A stretch of 64,000 nt of DNA from Verrucomicrobiales bacterium (GTDB lineage: Bacteria > Verrucomicrobiota > Verrucomicrobiia > Limisphaerales > UBA11320), in contig JAEUHE010000236.1 of the NCBI GenBank assembly GCA_016793885.1, positions 15,876 to 79,875 of the forward strand, in the 5' to 3' direction. Positions within the stretch are counted from its first letter, which is position 1. Each line of letters opens with the position of its first letter. This document shows, one piece after another, positions 44,130 through 54,000 of the stretch. Position numbers and translations under genes: made by a program. The notes below the pieces were generated by a model, which was not told where the DNA came from, ran no database searches, and saw only the letters and a list, made by a program, of their open reading frames with translations.

Positions 44130-47038
44130 TCGAGGTAAAGAAACGAGTTCAGGCTGAGCAGCGATTGGCACAGATCCGCCCAGGTTCGCTGTTCAGCATC
44201 GGGGCGATCGGAATAAACGCGTCGCTGCTCGGTGATGAATTGCGTCGCGTGCGCCAGCTCGGTGGCGTCGGGTTCGCGTCCGGCGCTGAGCAGAAAAGCC
44301 TGTCGGATCCGCTGGCGAGCATCACTGTCAGTGCCCGCTTCGCGCAGTAAGCGCTCAGCGAAATCCTCTGCTCGCTTCACCGAGAACTCGGAGTTGAGCA
44401 AGCTCAACGACTGCAGTGGCATGGTCGTGCTGGCTCGACGGGTGCAATTGAAAACCACCGAGGGGGCATCGAAGTTTCCGAGGAAGGTCGGCACCTGGGT
44501 CCGCCGATGCTGGAGGAATACCGAGCGCGAGAACGCTTCCGGTTTCGACTCATCCACCAGCACCTCACCGGATCCTTCCCGTGGGGTGGGGACGTAGGGT
44601 CCTCCGGCTTTGGGGCCCAATCTGCCCGCGACAGCGAGCGTGGCATCGCGAATGGACTCGGCGTCCAGGCGATGGATGGGATATCGCCACAGCAGCTGAT
44701 TGGCAGGATCGGCGGCGATGCCCTGATCATGGGGGCGGCTGGATTGCTGGAAGGTGGCAGAGTGCAGGATGAGCCGCACCACAGCTTTGGTGCTCCATCC
44801 CGATTCGATGAACTGTCGCGCCAGCCAATCCAGGAGCTCGGGGTGCGAGGGCTTGGCACCGCTGACTCCCAAGTTCTCCGGCGTGGCCACCAGCCCGATT
44901 TCGAAGCAGTGTTGCCAGATCCGATTGACCGTCACGCGAGCGAGTAGCGCCGCCTGAACCGAGTCGGGCTCGGTAAGCCACTGTGCCCACGCGGTGCGAC
45001 GTCCGGTCGTGGTCGCTGTTTTGTGGAATGCCCCCGCGCCGCGTGGAGCCTTTGCCGCCAGCATGGAGAAGAAGACGGGTTCCACCGGCTCGCCCGGGGT
45101 TTTATGGTTGCCGCGCTCGAGCAAGCGCACTTGGGGAGCCTCCGGACCGCTGTCGGTCATCCACGCGATCATCCCGGGCTTGGGAGTTCGCTGTGCCGCG
45201 ATCGCCTTGGTCGCTGTCTCCAGAGTCTTTTTGCGTTCCTTGAGCAGCTTCGCAAACGCCGCGTTTGTCGCGGCCCAACCTGGCAGCGATTCGTTGGATC
45301 GTTCGATGGCCACATTGTCGACGATGAAGCTGCGTCCGCAGCAATATTCAAAGGCGAACCCTCCGCGAGGCAGATCCTCGGCGGACAGCTTCAAGCTCTC
45401 GCCATCGACCGCGCCATCATAGAGATGCTCCAACAAGAACTCATTGGTGCTCTTGCGAGTGATGCGGATGCCGTAGTTGTGTCCGGGTTTGTATCCGGAG
45501 GCTCCGAGGTTGCCCTTGCTCTTGGCATCGCTCCCCGGGTAGTCCGTGTGCACTGCGGTTGCTCCGCCTGGGTTTCCATCGATCAGAATATTCCCGCCGT
45601 TCACCTCCGAATTGTCGTTGAAGTCGTGAGCGGCAATGACATAGCCGATTCGCTCCGCCCCGCCGCCCTGGCTGTCCAGAGCCAGTGAGGTGGACACGAG
45701 ATCGAAGCTGGCTTGGATCCATTGACCATCAGCGGCGGGCCGCCAATCGAAGGCAGCCTTCGTGCTGAGCCAGCGGTCTCCGGAACCGCCGCCTTCGCGA
45801 ATCCAGAGCCTGCCGTCCCGAACTTCGGCTCCCGGGCTGTCGGAAGAGTCCAGCTGCACAGCCGGCGAACCGCTTGGGATGTCGTCGCCCGGCGCTGTAT
45901 TCGACCATCGCTCGCGCAGGGGGCGGCCCGGGTCGAACGAGTCCTGGAAGACCAGTTCACCGCGCGGTCGATGCGCCGCCGACCAGGCGCTGAATTCGGC
46001 TTGGAGTAACTCCTTCTGTTGATCGAGACGTTTTTCTTCGGCCTGCCAGGCCTCTGCTTGGCCGGGGAGGGCGGCCTGCACCACTCGGTCATTGGGCTTG
46101 GTCCATTTTTCGATGTGGAAGGCGGGATACAGGAATGCCTGGAACGAATAGTAGTCCTTTTGGCTGATCGGCTCAAACTTATGGTCGTGGCACTTGGCGC
46201 ATTGCAGTGTGACGCCCAGCAGGCTGGAGCCCATGATCTGCATCGCGGACTCCAGCGCGTAATAGCGGTCGGTCCGAACCTCATCCGGATTACCGTCGCT
46301 CTCGCCCGAGCCATCCTGGCCATTGCGGAGGTAATGGGTCGCCTCCAGTAGCCGAACGATCTCGGCGGTGGCGGGGTGGCCGGGTTTCCAGCCGGATAAC
46401 TCGTCGCCGGCGATTTGCTCGCGGACGAACTGGTCGAAGGGAAGATCTTGGTTGAAGGACCGAATCACGTAGTCCCGATACCGATAGGCATACGGCCGGT
46501 CGGTATCGGCATTGAAATAGCCGTTGGAGTCCGCGTAACCGGCCACATCCAGCCAGTGTTTCCCCCACCTTTCCCCGTAGCGCGGGGACGCGAGATATCG
46601 TTCCACCATCCGTTCGAAAGCCCCGGGCAGACGGTCTGCGACAAAGGTGTCGATCTCGGCGGGCGAGGGCGGCAGCCCAGTGAGAATAAAGGCCACCCGC
46701 CGGATGAGCGTGTGAGCGTTGGCGCTTGGGTTCAGCGCGAGCGACGCGCCCTGCAATTTCTGGCTGACGAATCGGTCGATGGGGGAAGATGCGCCCACCG
46801 TAAGGGGGGATGGTGTCGATGAGGGGGGCGGTTGAGGACGCAGAGGTTGGAACGCCCAATGGGAAACCGCGGCCGCGCTGCGGTCGACCTGGGCCGAAAC
46901 AGCGATCCGAGGACCGAGAGCGGAGCAGAGCAACACCAGGCCGAGGAAGGTTGCTGAAAGGCATAGGTGCGCCCTGCGAGTTTGGCGCTCGCCAGACTGT
47001 GGCCTCCCGGCCGGGGGTGTGAGTCGGTCACGGTTCAT
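44126..47038 (-). CDS. DUF1549(PSCyt2)-ConA-like insert-DUF1553(PSD1) protein, without the cytochrome c motif
   Basis: The 970-aa ORF has a DUF1549 block (LPPSPAEIDTFVAD ... SPRYGERWGKHWLDVAGYADSNGY). A CAKCHDHKFEPISQKDYY motif is present. A ConA/DUF1080-like insert lies at ~aa 370-600. A DUF1553 block follows (VNRIWQHCFEIGLV ... HPELLDWLARQF). Confidence 0.9.
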   Translation of the reverse strand: MNRDRLTPPAGRPQSGERQTRRAHLCLSATFLGLVLLCSALGPRIAVSAQVDRSAAAVSHWAFQPLRPQPPPSSTPSPLTVGASSPIDRFVSQKLQGASLALNPSANAHTLIRRVAFILTGLPPSPAEIDTFVADRLPGAFERMVERYLASPRYGERWGKHWLDVAGYADSNGYFNADTDRPYAYRYRDYVIRSFNQDLPFDQFVREQIAGDELSGWKPGHPATAEIVRLLEATHYLRNGQDGSGESDGNPDEVRTDRYYALESAMQIMGSSLLGVTLQCAKCHDHKFEPISQKDYYSFQAFLYPAFHIEKWTKPNDRVVQAALPGQAEAWQAEEKRLDQQKELLQAEFSAWSAAHRPRGELVFQDSFDPGRPLRERWSNTAPGDDIPSGSPAVQLDSSDSPGAEVRDGRLWIREGGGSGDRWLSTKAAFDWRPAADGQWIQASFDLVSTSLALDSQGGGAERIGYVIAAHDFNDNSEVNGGNILIDGNPGGATAVHTDYPGSDAKSKGNLGASGYKPGHNYGIRITRKSTNEFLLEHLYDGAVDGESLKLSAEDLPRGGFAFEYCCGRSFIVDNVAIERSNESLPGWAATNAAFAKLLKERKKTLETATKAIAAQRTPKPGMIAWMTDSGPEAPQVRLLERGNHKTPGEPVEPVFFSMLAAKAPRGAGAFHKTATTTGRRTAWAQWLTEPDSVQAALLARVTVNRIWQHCFEIGLVATPENLGVSGAKPSHPELLDWLARQFIESGWSTKAVVRLILHSATFQQSSRPHDQGIAADPANQLLWRYPIHRLDAESIRDATLAVAGRLGPKAGGPYVPTPREGSGEVLVDESKPEAFSRSVFLQHRRTQVPTFLGNFDAPSVVFNCTRRASTTMPLQSLSLLNSEFSVKRAEDFAERLLREAGTDSDARQRIRQAFLLSAGREPDATELAHATQFITEQRRVYSDRPDAEQRTWADLCQSLLSLNSFLYLE

Positions 47039-47140
47039 CTGGAACGATGGCTAACTGTGCCTTCGGCGCTGCGGGGGGACAATGCAAAAGTAGTTTCTCA
47101 TCTCGGCGGTAGGGGAGGCCGAACCCGCAGGCTTCATAGA

Positions 47141-47975
47141 GATTGGCCGGGACTTCCGGTTTAGCCGCAAAGAACGAAAGAAGACGAAAGAGGCGGACGA
47201 AAGCAGGGGAGTGATTCTGCCGGTTGGGAACTTCTTTCGTCATTTTTCGTTTCTTGCGGCTAAAGGATCGGTCGGGTTTTGAAACTCCGCCTGCTTCACG
47301 TCCGCGTCTCCCCTGAACGGGACGAAAAGGCTCTCCGTGGCGTGAAGGAAAAGCGGTGGCATGCCACGCGCGGTCCATAACGCCGAGTCGTGTTCCTTTG
47401 ACTTCGTGATTGTCCCGTCCAGGTCATTGCGAAGGAGGCTATGTTTGCCGGGAGGAGGACAGGCCTGGTACCCGAATCGGCTGAGGTTGGTCGGCCGGGA
47501 CTTCCGTATTAGCCGCAAAGAACGAAAGAAGACGAAAGAAGCGGACGGATTCAGGGGGGAGTGATTCTGCCGGTTGGGAACTTCTTTCGTCATTTTTCGT
47601 TTCTTGCGGCTAAAGGATCGGTCGGGGTTTGAAACTCCGCCTGCTTCAGGTCGGCGTCTCCCCTGACCGGCACGAAAAGGCTCTCCGTGGCGTGAAGGAA
47701 AAGCGGTGGCATGCCACGCGCGGTCCATAGCGCCGAGTCGTGTTCCTTTGACTTCGTGATTGTCCTGTCCATGTCATCGCGAAGGAGGCTATGGTTGAAG
47801 GGAAGGGAAGAGACCTGTGACCCGAATCGGCTGAGGTTGGTCGGCCGGGACTTCCGGTTTAACCGCAAAGAACGAAAGAAGACGAAAGAAGCGGACGGAT
47901 TCAGGGGGGAGTGATTCTGTCGGTTGGGAACTTCTTTCGTCATTTTTCGTTTCTTGCGGCTAAAGGATCGGGGAC
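47141..47975. repeat. tandem array, ~2.4 copies of a ~349-bp unit, each with an internal long imperfect hairpin
   Basis: The anchor motif [GA]CCGCAAAGAACGAAAGAAGACGAAAG occurs at 47164, 47512 and 47862, giving spacings of 348 and 350 nt. Each is followed ~45 nt later by its imperfect reverse complement CTTTCGTCATTTTTCGTTTCTTGCGGC (ending 47260, 47610, 47960). Units align by eye along their full length. Confidence 0.85.
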
Positions 47976-47984
47976 CTGGCCTCG

Positions 47985-50369
47985 TTACCGTGCCCGACGA
48001 AGGACGTCTTGGTAGAAGGCGAGCGACTTCCGGTATTCTTCAATCAGCTCAGCAGGTGCGATACCCTCGCTCCGCTTGATCTCCTCTTGCACCCGTTGTA
48101 CGAGCCACTCGGCTTCCACTCCACGTGGAACCACGGGAGCATTGGGAACATCCAGATGCCAAGGAGCGGTATGGGCAAAACGAATTCGGCCTCCGTCTCG
48201 CGCTTCAACGCAGCGCCAGGCGAGCCAAGCACTACCGGATGGATTGAATGCATGAGTTGCCTCGGATCGAAAGGCTCTTTTTGACGTCGGTTGGTTCTGT
48301 GGCTTGAACGTCTTGGCCACTTCGCCATTGACGATCAGCTCGAGGCTTTCGAGGGGCTGTTCGCTCAGCACCTCGCAGGTGAGATCGTGGGGTCGGTCGG
48401 CCGGGCGGTTTGCCAACGAGGCTCCGGGCCATCGGCCATCGGCTTGGGCGAGGAGCATGGGGCCGGTCGTGACGAAGCTCCGGCCGGCACCGAGTCCTTT
48501 GATCCACGCTTCATAGCTGAACGGCTCGTCGAGGTGGACATAGACGCGACTGAACCCCAGCGGCACCGGGTGCACTCCGTTGGCGGTTCCGGCGGTTGGA
48601 TGGATCCGAAGGCCGCAGTTTAAAAGCGCGTAATAGGTCTGGAAGCCATAAAGCGTCCAGCCGCGTTCCGTGTCGGTGCCGGTGCCCTCGAGCCCCATGT
48701 AGGCCGGTGCCGGAACCGCCCAGTTCCGCACTGCATATTCCGTGGCCCAATGATGGTTGTTCGCCAACTCAAAGAGGTCGATCTTGGCGATCGGGACCAA
48801 GGCGATGGACCAGGGCCAATTGTGCTTCTCGAGATCGAGCAGCGCCCCTTGCGCATGGGCTTTTTCCGCGATGCGACTGAGCGGGAGTACCGGATCCGTA
48901 AAGCGGGTCTGATGGTTCAGGATAACCAGGGCGCCCAGGGTGTGATTGGCTTTGCCCGTCTGGAAAATCTCATACTCGGTGTTGCGGGGATACCAGACAT
49001 GGTTGCTGTCCACGCGGATGGGTGCGTTGGTCCAGACTCCCTTGAACCCGCGGCCGCTGTCGGTAGGGGCGACGGTGGAGACGGTGGTCCAATCGACCAT
49101 GGGCAGCGCCACGTTCACATCGTCCGCCAACTGGTTGATGGCTAACTCGGCGGGATCGCGATGATTGTGAGTGTCGCCGGAGAACCATCCCTGGGCGCTC
49201 ATGTTGACCCATCGGACCAGGGGCAGCGACACTTTGCCGAGACCCGATGCCACCACGACTCTCTGCTCGGTGGGAAAGTATTCTTTGCCATGCTCGGCGC
49301 GGAACACATAGGTCCCCGGGATCAATTCTACCCGAAATGGGTGGGCAGACAGGGCGGTGTGCATCTCTACCGCGTTGGTGTTGGATCCGTTCCGACGCTC
49401 ATAGCGCACGGCGGATCCGGAGGAGGAGGCAGACCGGGGAAAGTGCCAGCGTCCATCCGGTCCGCGAATCGAGAGCCGGGCGGGCAGGGGAGCCTGGTTG
49501 GCGGCATCTACGATGACCCCTTCCACCAAGATCTCCCGACGTTCCGAGCGTCGCTGCTCCACAATGGCCAACGGATCGGTGGGAAGTTGGGTCGGATCCA
49601 CGAACCGTTCCAGATCTCGCATCGCGAGGACGCGACACTTCTGGTCATGAAGATACTTCAGGTATTCCTCGAAGCGTTCGGGGAAGGTGTTGACCCAGGG
49701 ATGCTCGCGATCCGGCACGCCGTGGAATTGCATCACCGCGATGCGTCCATCGCGCGCTTGATCCACGGCGCGTTTGAAGTCCGACAGCGTCCAGTCGGGG
49801 CGCGCATCGCCCGCGGAGGGGATGAGTAGGGGATGGTCCTTCCCGGGCTCGTAAGCAAACCCCTTTCCCCAATCGTAGGCATGCTCGGGTCCGCCACCCC
49901 GCCGCGCCCAGCGGATGCCGAGGTCTCTCAGAATCGGAAGCGCTCCGGGCGTCAGGGTGTTCCCCGGGTAACTGAAGCTGATCGGACGTGGTATCCCGTT
50001 CTCGGCGCAGCGCTGGTTGATGAACTCGATCTGACCGCGGAGTTGTCCCAGTGTGGATGGTGCCACGCCGAGGTGATCTCGGGTGTGGTTGCCGATTTCG
50101 AAGCCATCGTCGTGAAGTTCGCGGATTTGGCTCCAGGTCAGGTAGTCCTGTTTGTTCGTGCGGAACGAGAAACCCTCCGTGATGAAGAATGTGGCTCCGA
50201 ATCCATAGCGCTTCAGTAACGGGCGCACGATGGAGTGCTGAGAGGCCACCGAGTCGTCGAAGGTGAGCACCACCAGCTTGTCGGGGATCGGCTCCACCGC
50301 GGCGGCCTGAAATCCAAGGAGAAGCAGCCACGTCCGCGCCAAATGGGAGAGCCGTGTGGGAGTGTTCAT
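47985..50369 (-). CDS. secreted polysaccharide deacetylase (NodB/CE4) fused to a carboxypeptidase-regulatory-like fold and a PHP/CehA-McbA-like metallohydrolase domain
   Basis: Track ORF 47985..50669. ATG 50369-50367 (checked) gives the signal-like start MNTPTRLSHLARTWLLLLGFQAAAVEP. NodB motifs: LTFDDSVASQ, GNHTRDH. The mid region reads ILVEGVIVDAANQAPLPARLSIRGPDG. FSGDTHNHRD and later His/Asp-rich blocks are recalled from the CehA/McbA family. Confidence 0.75.
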   Translation of the reverse strand: MNTPTRLSHLARTWLLLLGFQAAAVEPIPDKLVVLTFDDSVASQHSIVRPLLKRYGFGATFFITEGFSFRTNKQDYLTWSQIRELHDDGFEIGNHTRDHLGVAPSTLGQLRGQIEFINQRCAENGIPRPISFSYPGNTLTPGALPILRDLGIRWARRGGGPEHAYDWGKGFAYEPGKDHPLLIPSAGDARPDWTLSDFKRAVDQARDGRIAVMQFHGVPDREHPWVNTFPERFEEYLKYLHDQKCRVLAMRDLERFVDPTQLPTDPLAIVEQRRSERREILVEGVIVDAANQAPLPARLSIRGPDGRWHFPRSASSSGSAVRYERRNGSNTNAVEMHTALSAHPFRVELIPGTYVFRAEHGKEYFPTEQRVVVASGLGKVSLPLVRWVNMSAQGWFSGDTHNHRDPAELAINQLADDVNVALPMVDWTTVSTVAPTDSGRGFKGVWTNAPIRVDSNHVWYPRNTEYEIFQTGKANHTLGALVILNHQTRFTDPVLPLSRIAEKAHAQGALLDLEKHNWPWSIALVPIAKIDLFELANNHHWATEYAVRNWAVPAPAYMGLEGTGTDTERGWTLYGFQTYYALLNCGLRIHPTAGTANGVHPVPLGFSRVYVHLDEPFSYEAWIKGLGAGRSFVTTGPMLLAQADGRWPGASLANRPADRPHDLTCEVLSEQPLESLELIVNGEVAKTFKPQNQPTSKRAFRSEATHAFNPSGSAWLAWRCVEARDGGRIRFAHTAPWHLDVPNAPVVPRGVEAEWLVQRVQEEIKRSEGIAPAELIEEYRKSLAFYQDVLRRAR

Positions 50370-50577
50370 TCTGAAGGAGCGTAGAAGAACCTTGGCGGGG
50401 AGAGCAATAGTGGAGGGGTGTTGACCTCCGATAAGGACATCGCAGCGGAGATGATCCCTCAGCGCTTCCCGCCGCGGCCTCTTCAACCCTTTCAAGCCTG
50501 GCGGAACGATATCCCGAGTCCGACGGCCTGCCAGCGCCTGGGGTTGACATTTTTGGAGGAAACGGTTTTTTGCACGT

Positions 50578-50934
50578 GTGCTCAAGTTGCTGAACACGCC
50601 AAAACTGACCCAGGGGCGAATTATCGCCGCCTTTGCGGTCGCGTTATTGGCCGATGGGATCCAGTTCATGCTGGGTCCGGTGGGGTGGATCGGTTTGGTT
50701 CAGGTCATCGATGTGGTGACCATGATCATTCAGAGCTTCCTCCTCGGCTTTCATCCGCTGTTCTTACCCACCTTCGTCGTGGAGTTTATTCCCGTCGTCG
50801 ACATGCTTCCCACCTGGACGGCTTGCGTTGCTCTGGTCGTTTCCATGCGCCGTCGAAGTCCCCCCGAGCCACCTCGACCAGCGAGTCCGCCCCCCGTGCC
50901 CCATTCAGAGAAGGGTGATGTGATCGACGTCTAG
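50578..50934 (+). CDS. hypothetical small membrane protein with Pro-rich tail
   Basis: The 118-aa ORF starts at GTG and is divergent from the deacetylase gene, with GGAGGA ~19 nt upstream. Three hydrophobic segments are present (IIAAFAVALLADGI, WIGLVQVIDVVTMIIQSFLLGF, LPTWTACVALVV). I recognise no family, and a competing ORF lies in another frame (50418..50918). Confidence 0.35.
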   Translation: MLKLLNTPKLTQGRIIAAFAVALLADGIQFMLGPVGWIGLVQVIDVVTMIIQSFLLGFHPLFLPTFVVEFIPVVDMLPTWTACVALVVSMRRRSPPEPPRPASPPPVPHSEKGDVIDV

Positions 50935-51088
50935 CCCGGACCAGCGCAGGTCGCTCCCGGTTGTAGCAATCCCTTTAGCCGGGCTTAACTCGGTGGTTAT
51001 TCCTTCTGTTCCTTCTTGATTCGACAAGTGGATTGGCGTTAGCTGCGAGCCTCAGTTCGTAAATCCCCTTACAACAACCCTAAACTCT

Positions 51089-54000
51089 ATGAACACTCCA
51101 TCCCGCCCAGGCTTGTTTTCGCGTGCGCCTGGAGCCGAGCGCTTCGCTCGGTTTTTAAACTCAACACTCCTCCTCAGCCTGCTCGCGGGCCCGGTTGAAA
51201 AATCCTTCGGATACTCCTCGCCCATCGTCCTTTCCACGGACGACCGGCTTGTTTGGGCGGTGAACCCGCACGACAATAGCGTCAGTGTCATCAGGCCTGA
51301 CTCCAACGAGATTCTCACGGAAATATCTGTGGGAAAGGAGCCACACTCCCTGGCCATTACCCCTGACAAGAGGTGGGTTTACGTCGCCAATGCGGCTGAT
51401 AACTCGGTCAGTGTCATCCGAATCGATTTCGGAGGGTGGGCTGGTTTCGCGGCCTCGGTGGACACCTCCGTGGGAGTAAATGGTCGTCTCCTTACGGGAG
51501 CCGAACCCTGCGCAGTCACGTGTTCCCCGGATGGTAAACGTGTGTTTGTGGCCAATGGGCAACAGGACACTGTGACCGTCATCAATGCTGAGACGCGCAC
51601 CGTGATTGGTCACGTGGACCTGCGCAACAGTGTAGCGAACGATCCAGACCGGCGTCGGCTCTTTCAGCCTGCCGGCTTGGCGGTGACCTCTGACAGCAAA
51701 AAGCTGTATGTCACGCGGTTCATCTCCTTCACCAAGCCGGGTGGACGGCAAGGCGATGATCAGGGTAAGGAGGGGCTGGTTGCCGTCCTCGACATCGACA
51801 CCTCGTCAACGTCGCTGTCCGGCTATCGGGTTTCGCGTGCCATTGCGCTGGCTCCGCAGTTGACGGGCTTTAGTGTCCCGGGAGTTACGAATGCGACGGA
51901 GGCCGCGACCTTCGCCTTTCCGAATCAACTCAACTCGATCGTGATTCGCGGCGACCACGCGTATCTGCCCAACGTGGCGGCTTCGCCCAGCGGTCCGCTT
52001 CGGTTTAACCTCGATACCCATGCCTTTGTAAACGTCATTGGCGGAGTCAATAGCGCCGCTCCGAGTGATCTTGGGGCTTTGAACCTCCATCTGGGAGCGC
52101 GGGACCCGGAAGCCGGCAAACGTCGACTGTTCTTCGCTAATCCCTGGGCCATGGCCTTCACCTCTCAGAGCGGAGCTGGATCGGCGTATGTCGTGAGCGC
52201 CGCCAGCGACCTGCTGGTGAAACTGAACGTGGCCGCGGATGGTAGCCTGAGCTTCACCCAGGATGGAAACACGACCCGGTATATCGATCTCAACGATCCC
52301 GACGATGCTCAGACGAGCGGGCGCAACGCCGGAAAGAACCCTCAAGGAATCGTCATCACCCGTGATGGCTCGCGAGCTTACGTGCACAATGCCATTTCGA
52401 AGAATGTTAGCGTCGTCGACCTCGCGACCGATCAGGTGATCAAAGTCATCCCGCTCAAGCCGCTTCCGCCTCCGGGAACGCTCGCCGAACAGGTTTTAGT
52501 GGGCGCTGAAATGTTTTTCTCCTCCCGCGGCAACTTTGATGCAGTGCCGGGCGCGACGGTGTCCTTGCGCGATCGGCTTTCCAGCGAAGGTTGGCAAGGC
52601 TGTGCCAGTTGCCATCCCCGTGGGTTGACCGACGGCGTGGTCTGGCAGTTCGGAGCGGGACCCCGCAAGAGCGTTCAGATGAATGCGACTTTCAATCCTC
52701 ATTTTCCCGACCGCCAGCGCGTGCTCAACTACTCGGGGATTTTTGATGAGGTGGAGGATTTCGAGATCAACATCCGGAACGTGTCCGGTCCCGGCAACCT
52801 GCCGAATACAACACCCCCCCAGTTGAATCCGAATCAAGGACTGCTCATCGGGGATGACGGCGACGTCAACAAGACGCCGGGAGCGCTCAACGGGTTCGCC
52901 AAAGCCAATGGGGAACGCCCCCAATTGACCGTCACGTTGCCGGGGAGCAACGTCAAGCAACCTGCGCTCACAGCGCTGCGGGAGTGGGTTCGCCATGCCA
53001 TTCGTACCCCGAACGCCCCGTTGCCCGGGTTTGGGGGTGCCGGAGTCGATGCCGCGGTTCTGAGCGAAGGACGGCGGCTCTTTGAATTGGTGGGCTGCGT
53101 GACTTGCCACGGAGGCAGCCATTGGACCACCTCCCTCAAGGATTTCAACTCACCGCCCGCCGCCTCAGAAATCTTTACCGAGCGCACGCCGGCACCAACG
53201 TCCGGTAATCCCATTGGAACCCAGTATCTCAATCGGTTCCTTCGCGACGTCGCCAGCTTCAATCTGGGCGTGCCCGGTGGAGGTAACGAGTTCGGTAAGA
53301 ATATCGGAGCCGTGGAGCAGGCAGCGCCGACGGTCGCCAATGGCGTCATTGCGCCCGGGCAGGACGCGTTGGGCAAGGACTACAACGGAGACGGAGCTGG
53401 CGTGGGGTATAACGTGCCCTCGTTGCTGGGGATTGTTGCGATGCAGCCCTACAATCACAACGGCGCCGCCGAGTCGATCGAGGAGATTCTTCTGGATCCC
53501 CGTCATTGGCAGCAGGGCGGAGGAGATCCCTCACTCCTTGCTAGCCCGAGGGCGCGCGCGGTGCTGGCCGCTTTCGTGGAATCGATCGATGCCAAAACTC
53601 CCGTGTTTCAGATTCCTGGGGAACCTTTGGTGATATCGGATGCAACCCGATCTGCGGAGGGCTTTAGGGTCGATTGGACGGGTGGTTTCGGGCCCTACGC
53701 ACTCGAGAAGAAGCAGGAAATCGAGGAGGCTGAGTTCACGACCGTCGCGGTCACCTCGGAACGCACCGCCAACGATCTCTTCAGCGGGCGTTCAGCGTTC
53801 TATCGGGTGTTCGACCTGGCCCATGCTCCGACGGTTTGGTTGAATGTCGCGATGAGCGGCGACGCGGAACAACCGAATTCCGTGGACACCGCCGGGGTGG
53901 GATATGGCTATCTGCGCGTGAAGGGGGATCGGCTCAGTTTCACGATTACGTATGCAGGATTGTCGTCGCCTGCTGTCGCGGCGCATATCCACGGTCCGGC

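Noticed and set aside
47164-47190. A tmRNA tag-like string (GCCGCAAAGAACGAAAG...)
   Set aside because: It occurs three times as part of the tandem repeat and pairs with a downstream complement. No tRNA-like acceptor or T-arm sequences flank it.
47028-47943. ORFs of 116, 162 and 117 aa (minus strand) and two of 67 aa (plus strand) inside the 350-bp tandem array
   Set aside because: They are translations of the repeat units themselves, so the same peptides recur with each unit. They run through the hairpin arms, overlap each other in different frames, and have no RBS or recognisable family.
47141-47975. Possible CRISPR array
   Set aside because: The whole ~350-bp unit is repeated, with no unique spacers. 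The period is an order of magnitude longer than CRISPR repeat-plus-spacer units. No cas genes are present.
50418-50918. A 166-aa ORF overlapping 50578..50934 in another frame
   Set aside because: It is Arg/Pro-rich with no hydrophobic-segment logic. The alternative frame gives a coherent small membrane protein, though even that call is weak.
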